From an uncultured Actinomycetota bacterium (GTDB lineage Bacteria; Actinomycetota; Actinomycetes; Propionibacteriales; Nocardioidaceae), in the NCBI GenBank assembly GCA_963843815.1, contig CAWJLX010000006.1:79834-143833 (forward strand): a stretch of DNA of 64,000 bases, given 5' to 3'. The translations under genes and the position numbers were made by a program. The notes beneath the pieces were generated by a model. It was not told the DNA's origin, made no database searches, and saw only the letters and a list, made by a program, of their open reading frames with translations. Positions 47,561-56,688 of this stretch are shown in pieces; position 1 is the first letter of the stretch, and each line of letters starts with the position of its first letter.

Positions 47561-48166
47561 TCAGAGCCAACCCCGGTCCTGAGCGATCCTGGCGGCCTCG
47601 CTCCGCGTGGTGGCGCCCGTCTTGCCGATCGCGGCCGACAGGTGGTTGCGCACCGTCCCCTCCGACAGGTGCACCCGCGCCGCGATGGTGGCGACCGGTG
47701 CCCCGTCGAGGGCGTGCGTCAGCAGCTCGCGCTCCCGCTCGGTCAGCGGGCTCGGTCCGTCGATGAGCGACTCGGCGGCCAGGTCTGGGTCGATGACCCG
47801 CAGGCCCGCGTGCACCCGTCGTACGGCGTCGGCGAGCTGGCGCGCCGGGGTGTCCTTGACGACGAAGCCGGACGCACCTGCCTCGATCGCCCGCCGGACG
47901 TAGCCCGGGCGCCCGAAGGTGGTGACGATCAGGGATCGCGTGTCGGGCAGCTCGCGCTTCAACGCGGCAGCGGCCTCGATGCCGGTGAGTCCGGGCATCT
48001 CGATGTCGAGCAGGCACACCTCGGCGCCCGAGCCGCGCGCCGCTTCGACGACCTCGTCGCCCCGCCCGACCTGCGCCACGACCTCGAGGTCGGTCTCCAG
48101 GTCGAGCAGGGCCGCCAGGGCACCACGCACGAGGGCCTGGTCGTCGGCGAGCAGCAACCTGATCAC
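47561..48166 (-). CDS. NarL/LuxR-family response regulator
   Basis: The receiver domain starts VIRLLLADDQ, and the HTH is LSEGTVRNHLSAAIGKTG. There is a GTGA overlap with the kinase. Confidence 0.9.
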   Translation of the reverse strand: MIRLLLADDQALVRGALAALLDLETDLEVVAQVGRGDEVVEAARGSGAEVCLLDIEMPGLTGIEAAAALKRELPDTRSLIVTTFGRPGYVRRAIEAGASGFVVKDTPARQLADAVRRVHAGLRVIDPDLAAESLIDGPSPLTERERELLTHALDGAPVATIAARVHLSEGTVRNHLSAAIGKTGATTRSEAARIAQDRGWL

Positions 48167-49209
48167 GGCAGCTCCACCTTCACCCGGGTTCCGGGCGAGG
48201 CGGGGCTGATGGCGAGGGTGCCGCCCGCCCCGGCGACGCGTTCGCGCATGCCGCGCAGGCCGTTGCCCTCCGCCTCCGCACATCCGGCGCCGTCGTCGGT
48301 GACCGTGATGCCGTGCGGGCCGAGCTCGACGACGACCGTGGTCGCACGCGCATGACGTACGACGTTGGTCACCGACTCGCGCAGGACCCAGGCCAGCAGG
48401 GCCCGGTGGCGGGGGTCGGTGTCGGCGACGTCCCCGGCGACCGTGGTGGTCACGCCGACGTCGGCGAGCACCCGCGGTGCCGCGGCGAGCTCGGCGTCGA
48501 GGTTGCCGGCCCGTAGGCCACCCACGGTGGCGCGCACCTCCGCGAGAGCCTGACGAGCGGTGGTCTGGATGGACTCCAGCTCTTCCTTGGCGCGCGCGGG
48601 GTCCACATCGATGAGCCGTGCCGCGAGCTCCGCCTTCACCGACAGCGCGGTGAGCGAGTGCCCGAGCACGTCGTGCACGTCGCGGGCCACCCGTTCCCGC
48701 TCGGCGACCACGGCGAACTGGTGCTGGGCCGCGTGGGCCATCCGCTCGCGCTCGCCGAAGATCCGGATCATCGTGCCGCCGATCATCACCGGCCAGGCCA
48801 TCAGGAAGAAGTAGGGCGGGAAGCCGTCGATGCTGAGCAGCGCGAGCAGGGGAGTGGCGGCCCAGAACCCCACGGCCCACTTCCAGGCGGGGGCCGGCAA
48901 CGAGAGGGCGGACAGCATGGCGAGGTAGGGCGTGTAGCCGATCGCCGCCATGCCGATCACCGGGACGGTGGCCAGCGCGAACCCGACCATCGCCGCGAGG
49001 GCCAGCCACCCGTTGCCCCGACTGCTGTAGCCGACGACGTTGGCGACGGCGAAGCCGAGGATGCAGAGCAGGCTGGCGCCCTTCGCGGCGGACGAGACGT
49101 CGGCGTCGACGACCGAGATGATCGGGTAGACCAGGAAGACGAGCCAGATCGACGCGAAAGCCCAGCCCCACTTCTCCCAGGGGTTGCTCGGGACCTGCTC
49201 GGACGTCAC
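48163..49209 (-). CDS. HisKA_3-type sensor histidine kinase
   Basis: Contains the H-box RDVHDVLGHSL with multi-TM N-terminus. The GTG start at 49209 overlaps the permease stop (GTGA). Confidence 0.8.
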   Translation of the reverse strand: MTSEQVPSNPWEKWGWAFASIWLVFLVYPIISVVDADVSSAAKGASLLCILGFAVANVVGYSSRGNGWLALAAMVGFALATVPVIGMAAIGYTPYLAMLSALSLPAPAWKWAVGFWAATPLLALLSIDGFPPYFFLMAWPVMIGGTMIRIFGERERMAHAAQHQFAVVAERERVARDVHDVLGHSLTALSVKAELAARLIDVDPARAKEELESIQTTARQALAEVRATVGGLRAGNLDAELAAAPRVLADVGVTTTVAGDVADTDPRHRALLAWVLRESVTNVVRHARATTVVVELGPHGITVTDDGAGCAEAEGNGLRGMRERVAGAGGTLAISPASPGTRVKVELP

Positions 49210-50006
49210 GTCCGCGCCCGGCTCCGTCGTACGCCCCACATCGCCAGCAGGGAGAAGATCACCGTCCACGAGAGCACGTTAGCGACCGGCAGCCACAGGG
49301 GGTCCTGCCCGCCGACCGGGAGCCAGCCGTCGGTCAGCGGGAAGCGGGCCAGCGCGGCGTAGCCGTAGAGCGGCGTGAGGCGCCCGATCTCGAGCATCAG
49401 GCCGCTCATGGGCGTGAACACGTTGCCGAGGAAGGCCAGCACCACGATCATCCCGGACGCGATGCCGGGAGCGTTGGGGCCACGAAAGGCCAGGCAGACC
49501 GCCAGGCCGTAGATCGCGAACAGCGCCGACCCGAACCACACGATGCCGGCCGCGAGCACCCAGTCCGACCAGTCACCCCGGGCGCCGGTGGCGGCGCCGA
49601 TGGCGAAGATCAGCGTGACCGGCACCGCTGCGACGGACATCGCGACCGCGGCCTTGGCGGCCACGAACGCCAGTGGTCGCATCGGGGTGAGGCCGAGCTG
49701 GCGGCCCCAGCCCATCACCTGCTCGGTCGCTGCGCTGCCGGCGACGCTGGTGGTCGCGGAGACCGCCCCGTAGGCGGCCATCGAGATCATCACGTACATC
49801 GCGACGTTGCCGCTTCCCACGGGGTCCTCCGAGCCGAGGCCGAAGACCAGGTACATGAAGGTCGGCAGGCCGACCACGAAGAACATCCCGATGCGGTCGC
49901 GCAGCTGGCGCCGGAGGTCGAGCCGGGCGTAGGTCACCATGGCCGGGCGGGGTGCGGGTCGCGGTGCGGGGGAGGTGCGCGTGTGTGTGGACACGGTCGT
50001 GGTCAT
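49206..50006 (-). CDS. ABC-2 type transporter permease
   Basis: Six TM segments. The ATG at 50006 overlaps the ATPase stop (ATGA). Confidence 0.8.
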   Translation of the reverse strand: MTTTVSTHTRTSPAPRPAPRPAMVTYARLDLRRQLRDRIGMFFVVGLPTFMYLVFGLGSEDPVGSGNVAMYVMISMAAYGAVSATTSVAGSAATEQVMGWGRQLGLTPMRPLAFVAAKAAVAMSVAAVPVTLIFAIGAATGARGDWSDWVLAAGIVWFGSALFAIYGLAVCLAFRGPNAPGIASGMIVVLAFLGNVFTPMSGLMLEIGRLTPLYGYAALARFPLTDGWLPVGGQDPLWLPVANVLSWTVIFSLLAMWGVRRSRART

Positions 50007-50902
50007 CGGGCTGCTCCGATCAGGTCGTCGGGGGTGGTGGGCGTCTCGGCCGTGAGGGCGAGGAAGGCGGCCTCCAGGCTGGCGGCGCAGACCTCCAGGC
50101 CGCTCACGCCGAGCGGCTCGAGGGCCTGCTGCGCCCGCGCCAGCCACGCGGCGTCGATGCCTTCCGGGCCGACCATGTCGGTCGGCGGGCGGAAGGTGAC
50201 GGTGCGTCCGCCGTAGGCGGCTCGTACGTCCGTGGTCGGGGCGTCGTGCACGATCCGTCCGCGATTCATCAGGACCGTCCGCTGGGCGAACTCGTCGGCC
50301 TCGGCGAGGTAGTGGGTGGCGAAGACGATGGTGCGCCCCAGCGCCGCATCGGCGCGCATGGCCTGCCAGAACTCCTGTCGTGCGCCGACGTCCATGCCGG
50401 TCGTGGGCTCGTCGAGGATCACCAGGTCCGGGTCGGGCACCAGGGCCAGCGCGAACTTCAGTCGCTGCTGCTCACCGCCGGAGCACGCCTCCACCCGACG
50501 CGTCGCCAGGTCGGCGAGTCGCGCCCGCTCGAGCACCACCTCGACGCGGTCGGTCCGGCCGTGCAGTGCGGCGATCGCGCGCACCGTCTCTTCGACGGTG
50601 AAGTCGTTGAGCAGCCCGCCGGTCTGCATGACCGCTGACACCCGGCCCGCGCGCACCGCCTCGCCCGGCTCCACGCCGTACACCTCGATGCTCCCGGAGT
50701 CGGGCGTCGTCAGCCCGAGCAGCATGTCGACCGTCGTGGTCTTGCCCGCGCCGTTGGGGCCGAGGAAGGCGACGATCTCGCCGGGCTGGATGGTCAGGTC
50801 GACGTCGTCGACTGCGACGACCGGGGTGCCGTCGCTCTGGCGGAACTGCTTGCGCAGCCCGGTGGCATCAATGGCGGGAGTGCTGACTGCGGTGTCGATC
50901 AT
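50003..50902 (-). CDS. ABC transporter ATP-binding protein
   Basis: Contains Walker A GPNGAGKTT, signature CSGGEQQR and Walker B LVILDEPT. Confidence 0.9.
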   Translation of the reverse strand: MIDTAVSTPAIDATGLRKQFRQSDGTPVVAVDDVDLTIQPGEIVAFLGPNGAGKTTTVDMLLGLTTPDSGSIEVYGVEPGEAVRAGRVSAVMQTGGLLNDFTVEETVRAIAALHGRTDRVEVVLERARLADLATRRVEACSGGEQQRLKFALALVPDPDLVILDEPTTGMDVGARQEFWQAMRADAALGRTIVFATHYLAEADEFAQRTVLMNRGRIVHDAPTTDVRAAYGGRTVTFRPPTDMVGPEGIDAAWLARAQQALEPLGVSGLEVCAASLEAAFLALTAETPTTPDDLIGAAR

Positions 50903-50985
50903 GGCTCCAGCCTGGCGGCGTACGACGCTCGGGCCCGGGTGGAGTTGTCACGAGCTGGGCGTGACAGGTGTCATCCGCCGGTCTG

Positions 50986-51069
50986 TTCATCACGGTATGT
51001 AGGCGAATGGGCACTTGCCACGGTCAATTGACCGTGGCAAGTGCCCATTCAGCGACATCCCGTGATGAA
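50986..51069. terminator. ~84-nt hairpin containing a 46-bp perfect palindrome (51005-51050)
   Basis: The outer stem is TTCATCACGG/CCGTGATGAA. The core GAATGGGCACTTGCCACGGTCAATTGACCGTGGCAAGTGCCCATTC equals its own reverse complement. It lies 25 nt downstream of the acyl-CoA dehydrogenase stop. Confidence 0.7.
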
Positions 51070-51094
51070 ACGGCAGGGACAAGGGGTCAGCAGG

Positions 51095-52969
51095 TCAGAA
51101 GGACGCCTCGTCGAGGTCCATCAGGTCGAGGTCGATCGCCTCGGCGATCGCGCGCTCGGCGGTGATCTTCGGCAGGTTGTTCTGCGCGAAGAACTGCGCA
51201 GCCGCGACCTTGCCCGCATAGAACGCCCTGTCCTTCTCCGACACCTCGCCGGCCAGCTTGCCCAGAGCGACCTCGGCCTGGCGCAGCAGCAGCCAGCCGC
51301 ACACGACGTCGCCGAGCACCATCAGCACGCGGGAGGTGTTGAGGCCGACCTTGTAGATGTTGCGCACCTCGTCCTGGGAGGACATCAGGTCGTTGATCAT
51401 GTGACCGACGATGGCGTTGGCGTCCTCGAGCGCGGTGGCCAGCAGGTCGCGCTCGTTCTTGAGGCGACCGTTGCCGGCCTCGGCCGCGATGAATGCCTCG
51501 ATCTCGTTGGCCAGGTGGCCCAGCGCCTTGCCCTGGTCCTTGACGATCTTGCGGAAGAAGAAGTCCTGGCCCTGGATCGCGGTGGTGCCCTCGTAGAGGG
51601 TGTCGATCTTGGCGTCGCGGACGTACTGCTCGATCGGGTACTCCTGCAAGAAGCCCGAGCCGCCGAACGTCTGCAGGGACTCGGTGCCCAGCAGCACCCA
51701 CGAGCGCTCCGAGCCGTAGCCCTTCACGATCGGGAGCAGCAGGTCGTTGACCGCCGCGGCGAGGCGGGCCTCGTCGGAGTCCTGGGTGCCCTCGTGCTCG
51801 GCGATCATCACCTGGTCCTGCCACGTCGCGGTGTAGAGCACCAGCGCGCGCATGGCCTCGGCGAACGACTTCTGCGTCATCAGCGAGCGACGTACGTCGG
51901 GGTGGTGGGTGATCGTGACGCGCGGGGCCGTCTTGTCGGCGGCCTGGGTCAGGTCGGCGCCCTGGACGCGCTCCTTGGCGTACTCGAGCGCGTTGAGGTA
52001 GCCGGTCGACAGTGTGGCGATCGCCTTGCTGCCCACCATCATCCGGGCGTTCTCGATGACGTCGAACATCTGCGCGATGCCGTTGTGCACCTCGCCCAGC
52101 AGCCAGCCGCGTGCCGGCTCGCCGCCGCCGACCTGCGGGTCGCCGAAGGTGAGCTCGCACGTGTTGGAGACCTTGATCCCCATCTTGTGCTCGACGTTGG
52201 TGACGTAGACGCCGTTGCGCTCACCGGTCAGCTCGCCGGTCTCGAGGTCGAAGTGCTGCTCGGGCATCCAGAAGAGCGAGAGGCCCTTCGTGCCGGGGCC
52301 ACCCGCGCCCTCGACGCCCTCGGGGCGCGCGAGGACCAGGTGCATGATGTTCTCGCTCATGTCGTGCGTCGCGCTGGTGATGAAGCGCTTGACGCCCGTG
52401 ATGTTCCACGAGCCGTCGTCGTTCGCGACGGCCTTGGCGCGACCGGCGCCCACGTCGGAACCGGCGTCGGGCTCGGTGAGGACCATCGTGCAGCCCCACT
52501 GGCGGTCGACCATGTACTGGGCGACCTGCTTGTCGCGGTCGTTGCCGTTGCGGTGGACGACGTTGGCGAACGCCGGCCCGGCGGCGTACATCCAGATGGG
52601 GGCGTTGGCGCCCAGCACCATCTCCCCGATCGCCCAGACCAACGACGAGGGCGCAGGGGTGCCGCCCATCTCCTCGAAGACCTGGAGGCGCCAGAACTCC
52701 GAGTCCATCCAGGCCTGGTAGGAGGCCTTGAACGACGGGCTCACAGGTGCGGTGTGCGTGGTCGGGTCGAAGACGGGCGGGTTGCGGTCGCTGTCCTCGT
52801 ACGACGACGCGAGGTCCTCGCGCGACAGGCGCTCGACCTCGCGGAGGATCTCGCGGGCGCTGTCGCTGTCGATCTCGCCGAAAGGTCCGGTGCCGAGCAC
52901 CTCGTCGCGGCCGAGCACCTCGAAGAGGTTGAACTCGATGTCGCGGAGATTGGTCTTGTAGTGGCTCAC
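51095..52969 (-). CDS. long acyl-CoA dehydrogenase (FadE5-like)
   Basis: The GTG at 52969 gives [18 protein letters not shown], the typical N-terminus of this family. It spans about 624 aa with ACAD N, middle and C domains. Confidence 0.85.
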   Translation of the reverse strand: MSHYKTNLRDIEFNLFEVLGRDEVLGTGPFGEIDSDSAREILREVERLSREDLASSYEDSDRNPPVFDPTTHTAPVSPSFKASYQAWMDSEFWRLQVFEEMGGTPAPSSLVWAIGEMVLGANAPIWMYAAGPAFANVVHRNGNDRDKQVAQYMVDRQWGCTMVLTEPDAGSDVGAGRAKAVANDDGSWNITGVKRFITSATHDMSENIMHLVLARPEGVEGAGGPGTKGLSLFWMPEQHFDLETGELTGERNGVYVTNVEHKMGIKVSNTCELTFGDPQVGGGEPARGWLLGEVHNGIAQMFDVIENARMMVGSKAIATLSTGYLNALEYAKERVQGADLTQAADKTAPRVTITHHPDVRRSLMTQKSFAEAMRALVLYTATWQDQVMIAEHEGTQDSDEARLAAAVNDLLLPIVKGYGSERSWVLLGTESLQTFGGSGFLQEYPIEQYVRDAKIDTLYEGTTAIQGQDFFFRKIVKDQGKALGHLANEIEAFIAAEAGNGRLKNERDLLATALEDANAIVGHMINDLMSSQDEVRNIYKVGLNTSRVLMVLGDVVCGWLLLRQAEVALGKLAGEVSEKDRAFYAGKVAAAQFFAQNNLPKITAERAIAEAIDLDLMDLDEASF

Positions 52970-53121
52970 GGCTTCCACCTGTTCCGTTGCGGTCTGGAGG
53001 GCGAGCGCGGTGGCTACTCGCTGGTAACAAAATGATGCCTCGCCATCGCCCATCACGCAACACGAACCCCGGATGTCGCCGGTCACAGGTGGAGAGCGGC
53101 GCGCCGGAGTGAATGTCGGTT

Positions 53122-53150
53122 TTGTCTATTACTATGAGTATGTCTAGTCT
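53122..53150 (+). promoter_or_regulatory. candidate sigma-70-type promoter TTGTCT-N17-TAGTCT
   Basis: Lies in the AT-rich patch 75 nt upstream of the TauE start. It is a pattern match only. Confidence 0.25.
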
Positions 53151-53194
53151 TTCACCCGACAAACAACAGTCACGCGACCTGGCACTGGAGCCGG

Positions 53195-53208
53195 GACCTG
53201 ACCAGACC
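53195..53208 (+). promoter_or_regulatory. 14-mer GACCTGACCAGACC, copy 1 (tauE leader)
   Basis: An identical 14-mer recurs at 54126-54139. It lies 17 nt upstream of the GTG start. Confidence 0.4.
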
Positions 53209-53224
53209 TGCAAGGAGCCTGCTC

Positions 53225-54127
53225 GTGCGCAAACTCATCGTCCTCGGTGTCGTGGGCCTCATCGCCCAGCTGATCGACGGATCCCTGGGCATGGCCTACG
53301 GCGTGACGTCCTCGACCCTGCTCCTGGCCGTCGGGGTGGCGCCGGCCGCCGCCTCCGCTGCGGTCCACTTCTCCGAGATCGGCACCTCGCTGGTCTCCGG
53401 CTTCTCGCACCACAAGCTCGGCAACGTCGACTGGCGCACCGTCTCGATCCTGGCCCTGCCCGGCTTCGTCGGCGCCTTCATCGGCGCGACGCTGCTCTCC
53501 AACCTCGATGGGGCGGTGGCCAAGCCGATCGTCGCGGTCATCCTGCTGGGGCTCGGCCTGTACGTCGTCTACCGCTTCATGCGTCTCGGTGGTGAGCGCC
53601 CGACCTTCAAGCCCCGACCGTCGGCCCGCTTCCTCGCGCCGATGGGCCTGGTCGCGGGATGCCTCGACGCCGTCGGAGGCGGCGGTTGGGGTCCGGTCGG
53701 CACCACCTCGCTGCTCTCCAGCGGTCGCCTCGAGCCCCGCAAGGTGGTCGGCTCGATCGACACCTCTGAGTTCGTCGTGGCCGTCGGCGGCTCGCTCGGC
53801 TTCCTCTTCGGGCTCGGAGCGGCCAACATCAACTGGGGCTACGCCGGGGCACTGCTCGCCGGCGGCGTCATCGCAGCCCCGTTCGCGGCCTGGCTCGTCA
53901 GGCACCTCGCCGCCCGGGTCCTCGGCGTGGCCGCCGGCGGCCTGATCATCCTCACCAACTCCAAGACCCTCCTCGAGGCCGTCGGCGTCCCCGGTGTCGG
54001 TGTGGCGGTCGCCGCCGCTGCGGTCTTCGTCCTCTGGGTCTCGGGCATCGTGTGGGCCGTCAAGCAGGAGCGCATCTCCCGCGCCGCTCTCGACTTCGAA
54101 CGCGAACTGGAGTCGGTCACAGCCTGA
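53225..54127 (+). CDS. TauE/SafE-family sulfite/organosulfonate exporter
   Basis: 300 aa with 7-8 TM segments. The N-terminal LIAQLIDGSLGMAYGVTSSTLLL is typical of the family. Confidence 0.8.
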   Translation: MRKLIVLGVVGLIAQLIDGSLGMAYGVTSSTLLLAVGVAPAAASAAVHFSEIGTSLVSGFSHHKLGNVDWRTVSILALPGFVGAFIGATLLSNLDGAVAKPIVAVILLGLGLYVVYRFMRLGGERPTFKPRPSARFLAPMGLVAGCLDAVGGGGWGPVGTTSLLSSGRLEPRKVVGSIDTSEFVVAVGGSLGFLFGLGAANINWGYAGALLAGGVIAAPFAAWLVRHLAARVLGVAAGGLIILTNSKTLLEAVGVPGVGVAVAAAAVFVLWVSGIVWAVKQERISRAALDFERELESVTA

Positions 54128-54139
54128 CCTGACCAGACC
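54126..54139 (+). promoter_or_regulatory. 14-mer GACCTGACCAGACC, copy 2 (overlaps tauE stop, upstream of rrf2)
   Basis: Identical to the 14-mer at 53195-53208. Confidence 0.4.
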
Positions 54140-54189
54140 GCCGGAAGAAACATCACTGAGTTGGCCGACATATCTGACAAACTCGTCAT

Positions 54190-54648
54190 ATGCGCGTCTC
54201 CGCCAAAGCCGACTACGCCCTGCGGGCCCTGGTCGAGATCGCGGTGCGCGAGGACCGGACGGCCGTGAGCGCCGAGCAGCTCGGCAAGGCGCAGGGGATC
54301 CCGCACGGCTTCCTGCAGGCCATCCTCGCCGACCTGCGGCGCGCCGACATCGTCGTGTCGCAGCGCGGCCAGTCCGGCGGGTGGCGCTTCGCCCGCAAGC
54401 CCGAGACGGTGACCGTGGCCGACGTGATCCGAGCGGTCGACGGTCCGCTGGTGTCGGTCTACGGCCTGCGCCCGGAGGCGGTCGAGTACGACGACTCGAC
54501 GCAGGTGCTGCAGCACGTCTGGATCGCGGCACGACGCTCGCTGCGCATGGTGTTCGAGCAGGTCTCCATCCAGGACCTCGCCGAGGGAAAGCTGCCGCCG
54601 GGAGTTGCCGCCCTCACCGAGGACGACGACGCCTGGCAGCCCCACTGA
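54190..54648 (+). CDS. Rrf2-family transcriptional regulator (cysteine-free)
   Basis: Starts MRVSAKADYALRAL, with the HTH AEQLGKAQGIPHGFLQAILADL. There is no Cys anywhere in the 152 aa. Confidence 0.85.
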   Translation: MRVSAKADYALRALVEIAVREDRTAVSAEQLGKAQGIPHGFLQAILADLRRADIVVSQRGQSGGWRFARKPETVTVADVIRAVDGPLVSVYGLRPEAVEYDDSTQVLQHVWIAARRSLRMVFEQVSIQDLAEGKLPPGVAALTEDDDAWQPH

Positions 54649-54680
54649 GCCCTCCCGTCGATCGAGGAGGGACGAGGTGC

Positions 54681-55217
54681 TCAGGCGACCAGCCGCCGGT
54701 TGACCTGCCTGCGGCGCCTCGAGATCTTGGCCAGGCGCTTGGCGATGCGCGCCTCCTCTGCGATGAGCGCGATGCGTGCGACCTGGGCCGCGAGCTGCTC
54801 GTCGGAGAGGTGCGAGGGGAGCACGTGCGTACGCCCGTCCTTGACCAGTGACGTCCACGCGGCCGGTGGCTCGACGTCGAAGCCGCTGGTGACCACGAGG
54901 ATCACCTTGAAGCCGGCGAGCTGGTCGAGCGCCAGCGCGGCCTGCTCGGAGCTCGCCCCGAAGAAGGCCGGCACGCTGGCGAAGCAGTCCGCCCTGGCCT
55001 GGTGGGCGCGTCGACAGACCTTCGCCCATGCGCCCTCGACCTGCTTGCGCGTGAGGCCGGCGGTCTTGTGGGAGCGGCGGATCTCCAGGCCGGCGTGGGC
55101 GAAGGCGTCGGCGTCGACGTCGGGCACGGCGATCCGTCCCAGGGCAAGTGCCTCGGTCATCGACGAGACGTCGACGGCGTCGGGGCCGATGTGGAGGAGG
55201 AACAGTCTCTTCGACAT
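54681..55217 (-). CDS. hypothetical protein (178 aa)
   Basis: Starts at the ATG at 55217 (MSKRLFLLHIGPD) with good GC3. No family was recognised. Confidence 0.5.
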   Translation of the reverse strand: MSKRLFLLHIGPDAVDVSSMTEALALGRIAVPDVDADAFAHAGLEIRRSHKTAGLTRKQVEGAWAKVCRRAHQARADCFASVPAFFGASSEQAALALDQLAGFKVILVVTSGFDVEPPAAWTSLVKDGRTHVLPSHLSDEQLAAQVARIALIAEEARIAKRLAKISRRRRQVNRRLVA

Positions 55218-55375
55218 GGATCGAGCCTCGCACGCGCAGGAGTCGTGGACGTGAACGACCGCCGTCTCCTGTCGAAAATGTTCGGCGACGTGGTCAACTC
55301 TTTGCCCAGGTCGGTGTGACGTCACGCGGTTCTCGTGCGTCTCACCTGGTGACGCCGAAACAACCAGGGAGAGAC

Positions 55376-55882
55376 ATGGCCCGAACGCACGGGGAGTTCG
55401 AGGAGTTCGCCATCGCGCGGACCCCTCAGCTCTACCGCGCGGCGTGGCTGCTGTGTGGCGACCCACACCGAGCGGAGGACCTCGTCCAGGACACGCTGGC
55501 CAAGGTCTACGTCCGGTGGCACCGTCGTCTGGGCGCACCGATCGAGCACCCGGTCGCCTACGCCCACACGACGCTGACCCGCACCTACATCAGTGCCCAG
55601 CGTCGGCGGAGCAACCACGAGACACCGACCGATCACCTGCCCGAGACGGTCGAGCCCGGTGGAGACGCCGCCACCAGGCTCGCCCTGCGGGCGGCTCTCG
55701 ACGAGCTGGCGCCGATGGACCGGGCGGTCCTGGTCCTGCGCTTCCTCGACGACGTCTCGGTGGCCGAGACCGCGGACGCCCTCGGGGTCAGCCCCGGCGC
55801 CGTCCGCAATCGCACGATCCGTGCGCTCGACCGGCTCCGTGCCGTGCTGGGTCCGTCCCTCCGCGACCTGCTGGAAATCTAG
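55376..55882 (+). CDS. SigE-family ECF sigma factor
   Basis: Contains EFEEFAIARTPQLYRAAWLLCGDPHRAEDLVQDTLAK, and region 4 carries VSVAETADALGVSPGAVRNR. Confidence 0.85.
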   Translation: MARTHGEFEEFAIARTPQLYRAAWLLCGDPHRAEDLVQDTLAKVYVRWHRRLGAPIEHPVAYAHTTLTRTYISAQRRRSNHETPTDHLPETVEPGGDAATRLALRAALDELAPMDRAVLVLRFLDDVSVAETADALGVSPGAVRNRTIRALDRLRAVLGPSLRDLLEI

Positions 55883-55890
55883 GAGAACCC

Positions 55891-56685
55891 ATGTCCTCGC
55901 ACGACCCCGGCGTACGCAACCTCCTCCGCCACGCCAGCGACGACCTCGCTCCCGACGTCGACCGCCTCGTCAGTGGCGGCATCACCCGTGGCCGCTACCG
56001 CCAGCGCCGCGCCCGGATCGGTACGGCGGTCGCCTCGCTCGCCGTGGTCGGCGTCGTCGGTGGCCTGGCGGCCGTCGTACCCCACGGGGGCGGGGCGGAC
56101 AGCGCGCCCGACCCCGGCATCGCCACCGACGGGGGAGGCGTGGTCGCCCCCGACCAGCCGACCACGCCCGATCCGGACGTTGCCCCGCCGGCCGACCAGC
56201 TGAGGCCACTCGTCCCCGCCGGTCAGATGGCAGCGGAGATCCGCACCGTCACCGGCGCGTCGGAGGTGAGAAGGGCGGAGGTCGACACCTCCGGGAAGGA
56301 CCTGCCGCGCCTCTACTACGCGACCGTCGACGGCGCCCAGGTCTCCTTCCGGATCCGCTGGTACAACAACCCGCTGGTCGTGGAGGACGGCGGCGAGCCG
56401 CTCGCGCCGAGCTTCCTGTGCGAACCCGGGGAGGAGCTGGACTGCGCGACCCTCCCCGACGGATCACGGCTCCTGCGCGAGGAGTCCCGCCCGGGCGGTG
56501 GTGCGGGCGTGGCCGACACCTTCCGCGAGCGCTCCCTCACGTTGGCCACCTCCGACGGGTGGCAGATCGACGTCATCGCGCGCAACACGACCGACGAGAA
56601 GCAGGGCACCGTGGTGGCCGACGAGCCCGTGCTGACGATGGACCAGATGGAGGCTCTGGCGACGAGCACGGAGTGGTACGAGTAG
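55891..56685 (+). CDS. single-pass membrane protein downstream of sigma factor (possible anti-sigma/partner)
   Basis: AGGAG RBS. One TM segment (IGTAVASLAVVGVVGGLAAVV) precedes an extracytoplasmic domain. Confidence 0.55.
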   Translation: MSSHDPGVRNLLRHASDDLAPDVDRLVSGGITRGRYRQRRARIGTAVASLAVVGVVGGLAAVVPHGGGADSAPDPGIATDGGGVVAPDQPTTPDPDVAPPADQLRPLVPAGQMAAEIRTVTGASEVRRAEVDTSGKDLPRLYYATVDGAQVSFRIRWYNNPLVVEDGGEPLAPSFLCEPGEELDCATLPDGSRLLREESRPGGGAGVADTFRERSLTLATSDGWQIDVIARNTTDEKQGTVVADEPVLTMDQMEALATSTEWYE

Positions 56686-56688
56686 AGG

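Noticed and set aside
55316-55325. GTGACGTCAC palindrome upstream of the SigE-family sigma gene, identical to the third box at 63420-63429
   Set aside because: A single shared 10-mer in 64 kb of GC-rich DNA is within chance expectation (order 0.1). There is only one copy here and no RHH gene nearby.
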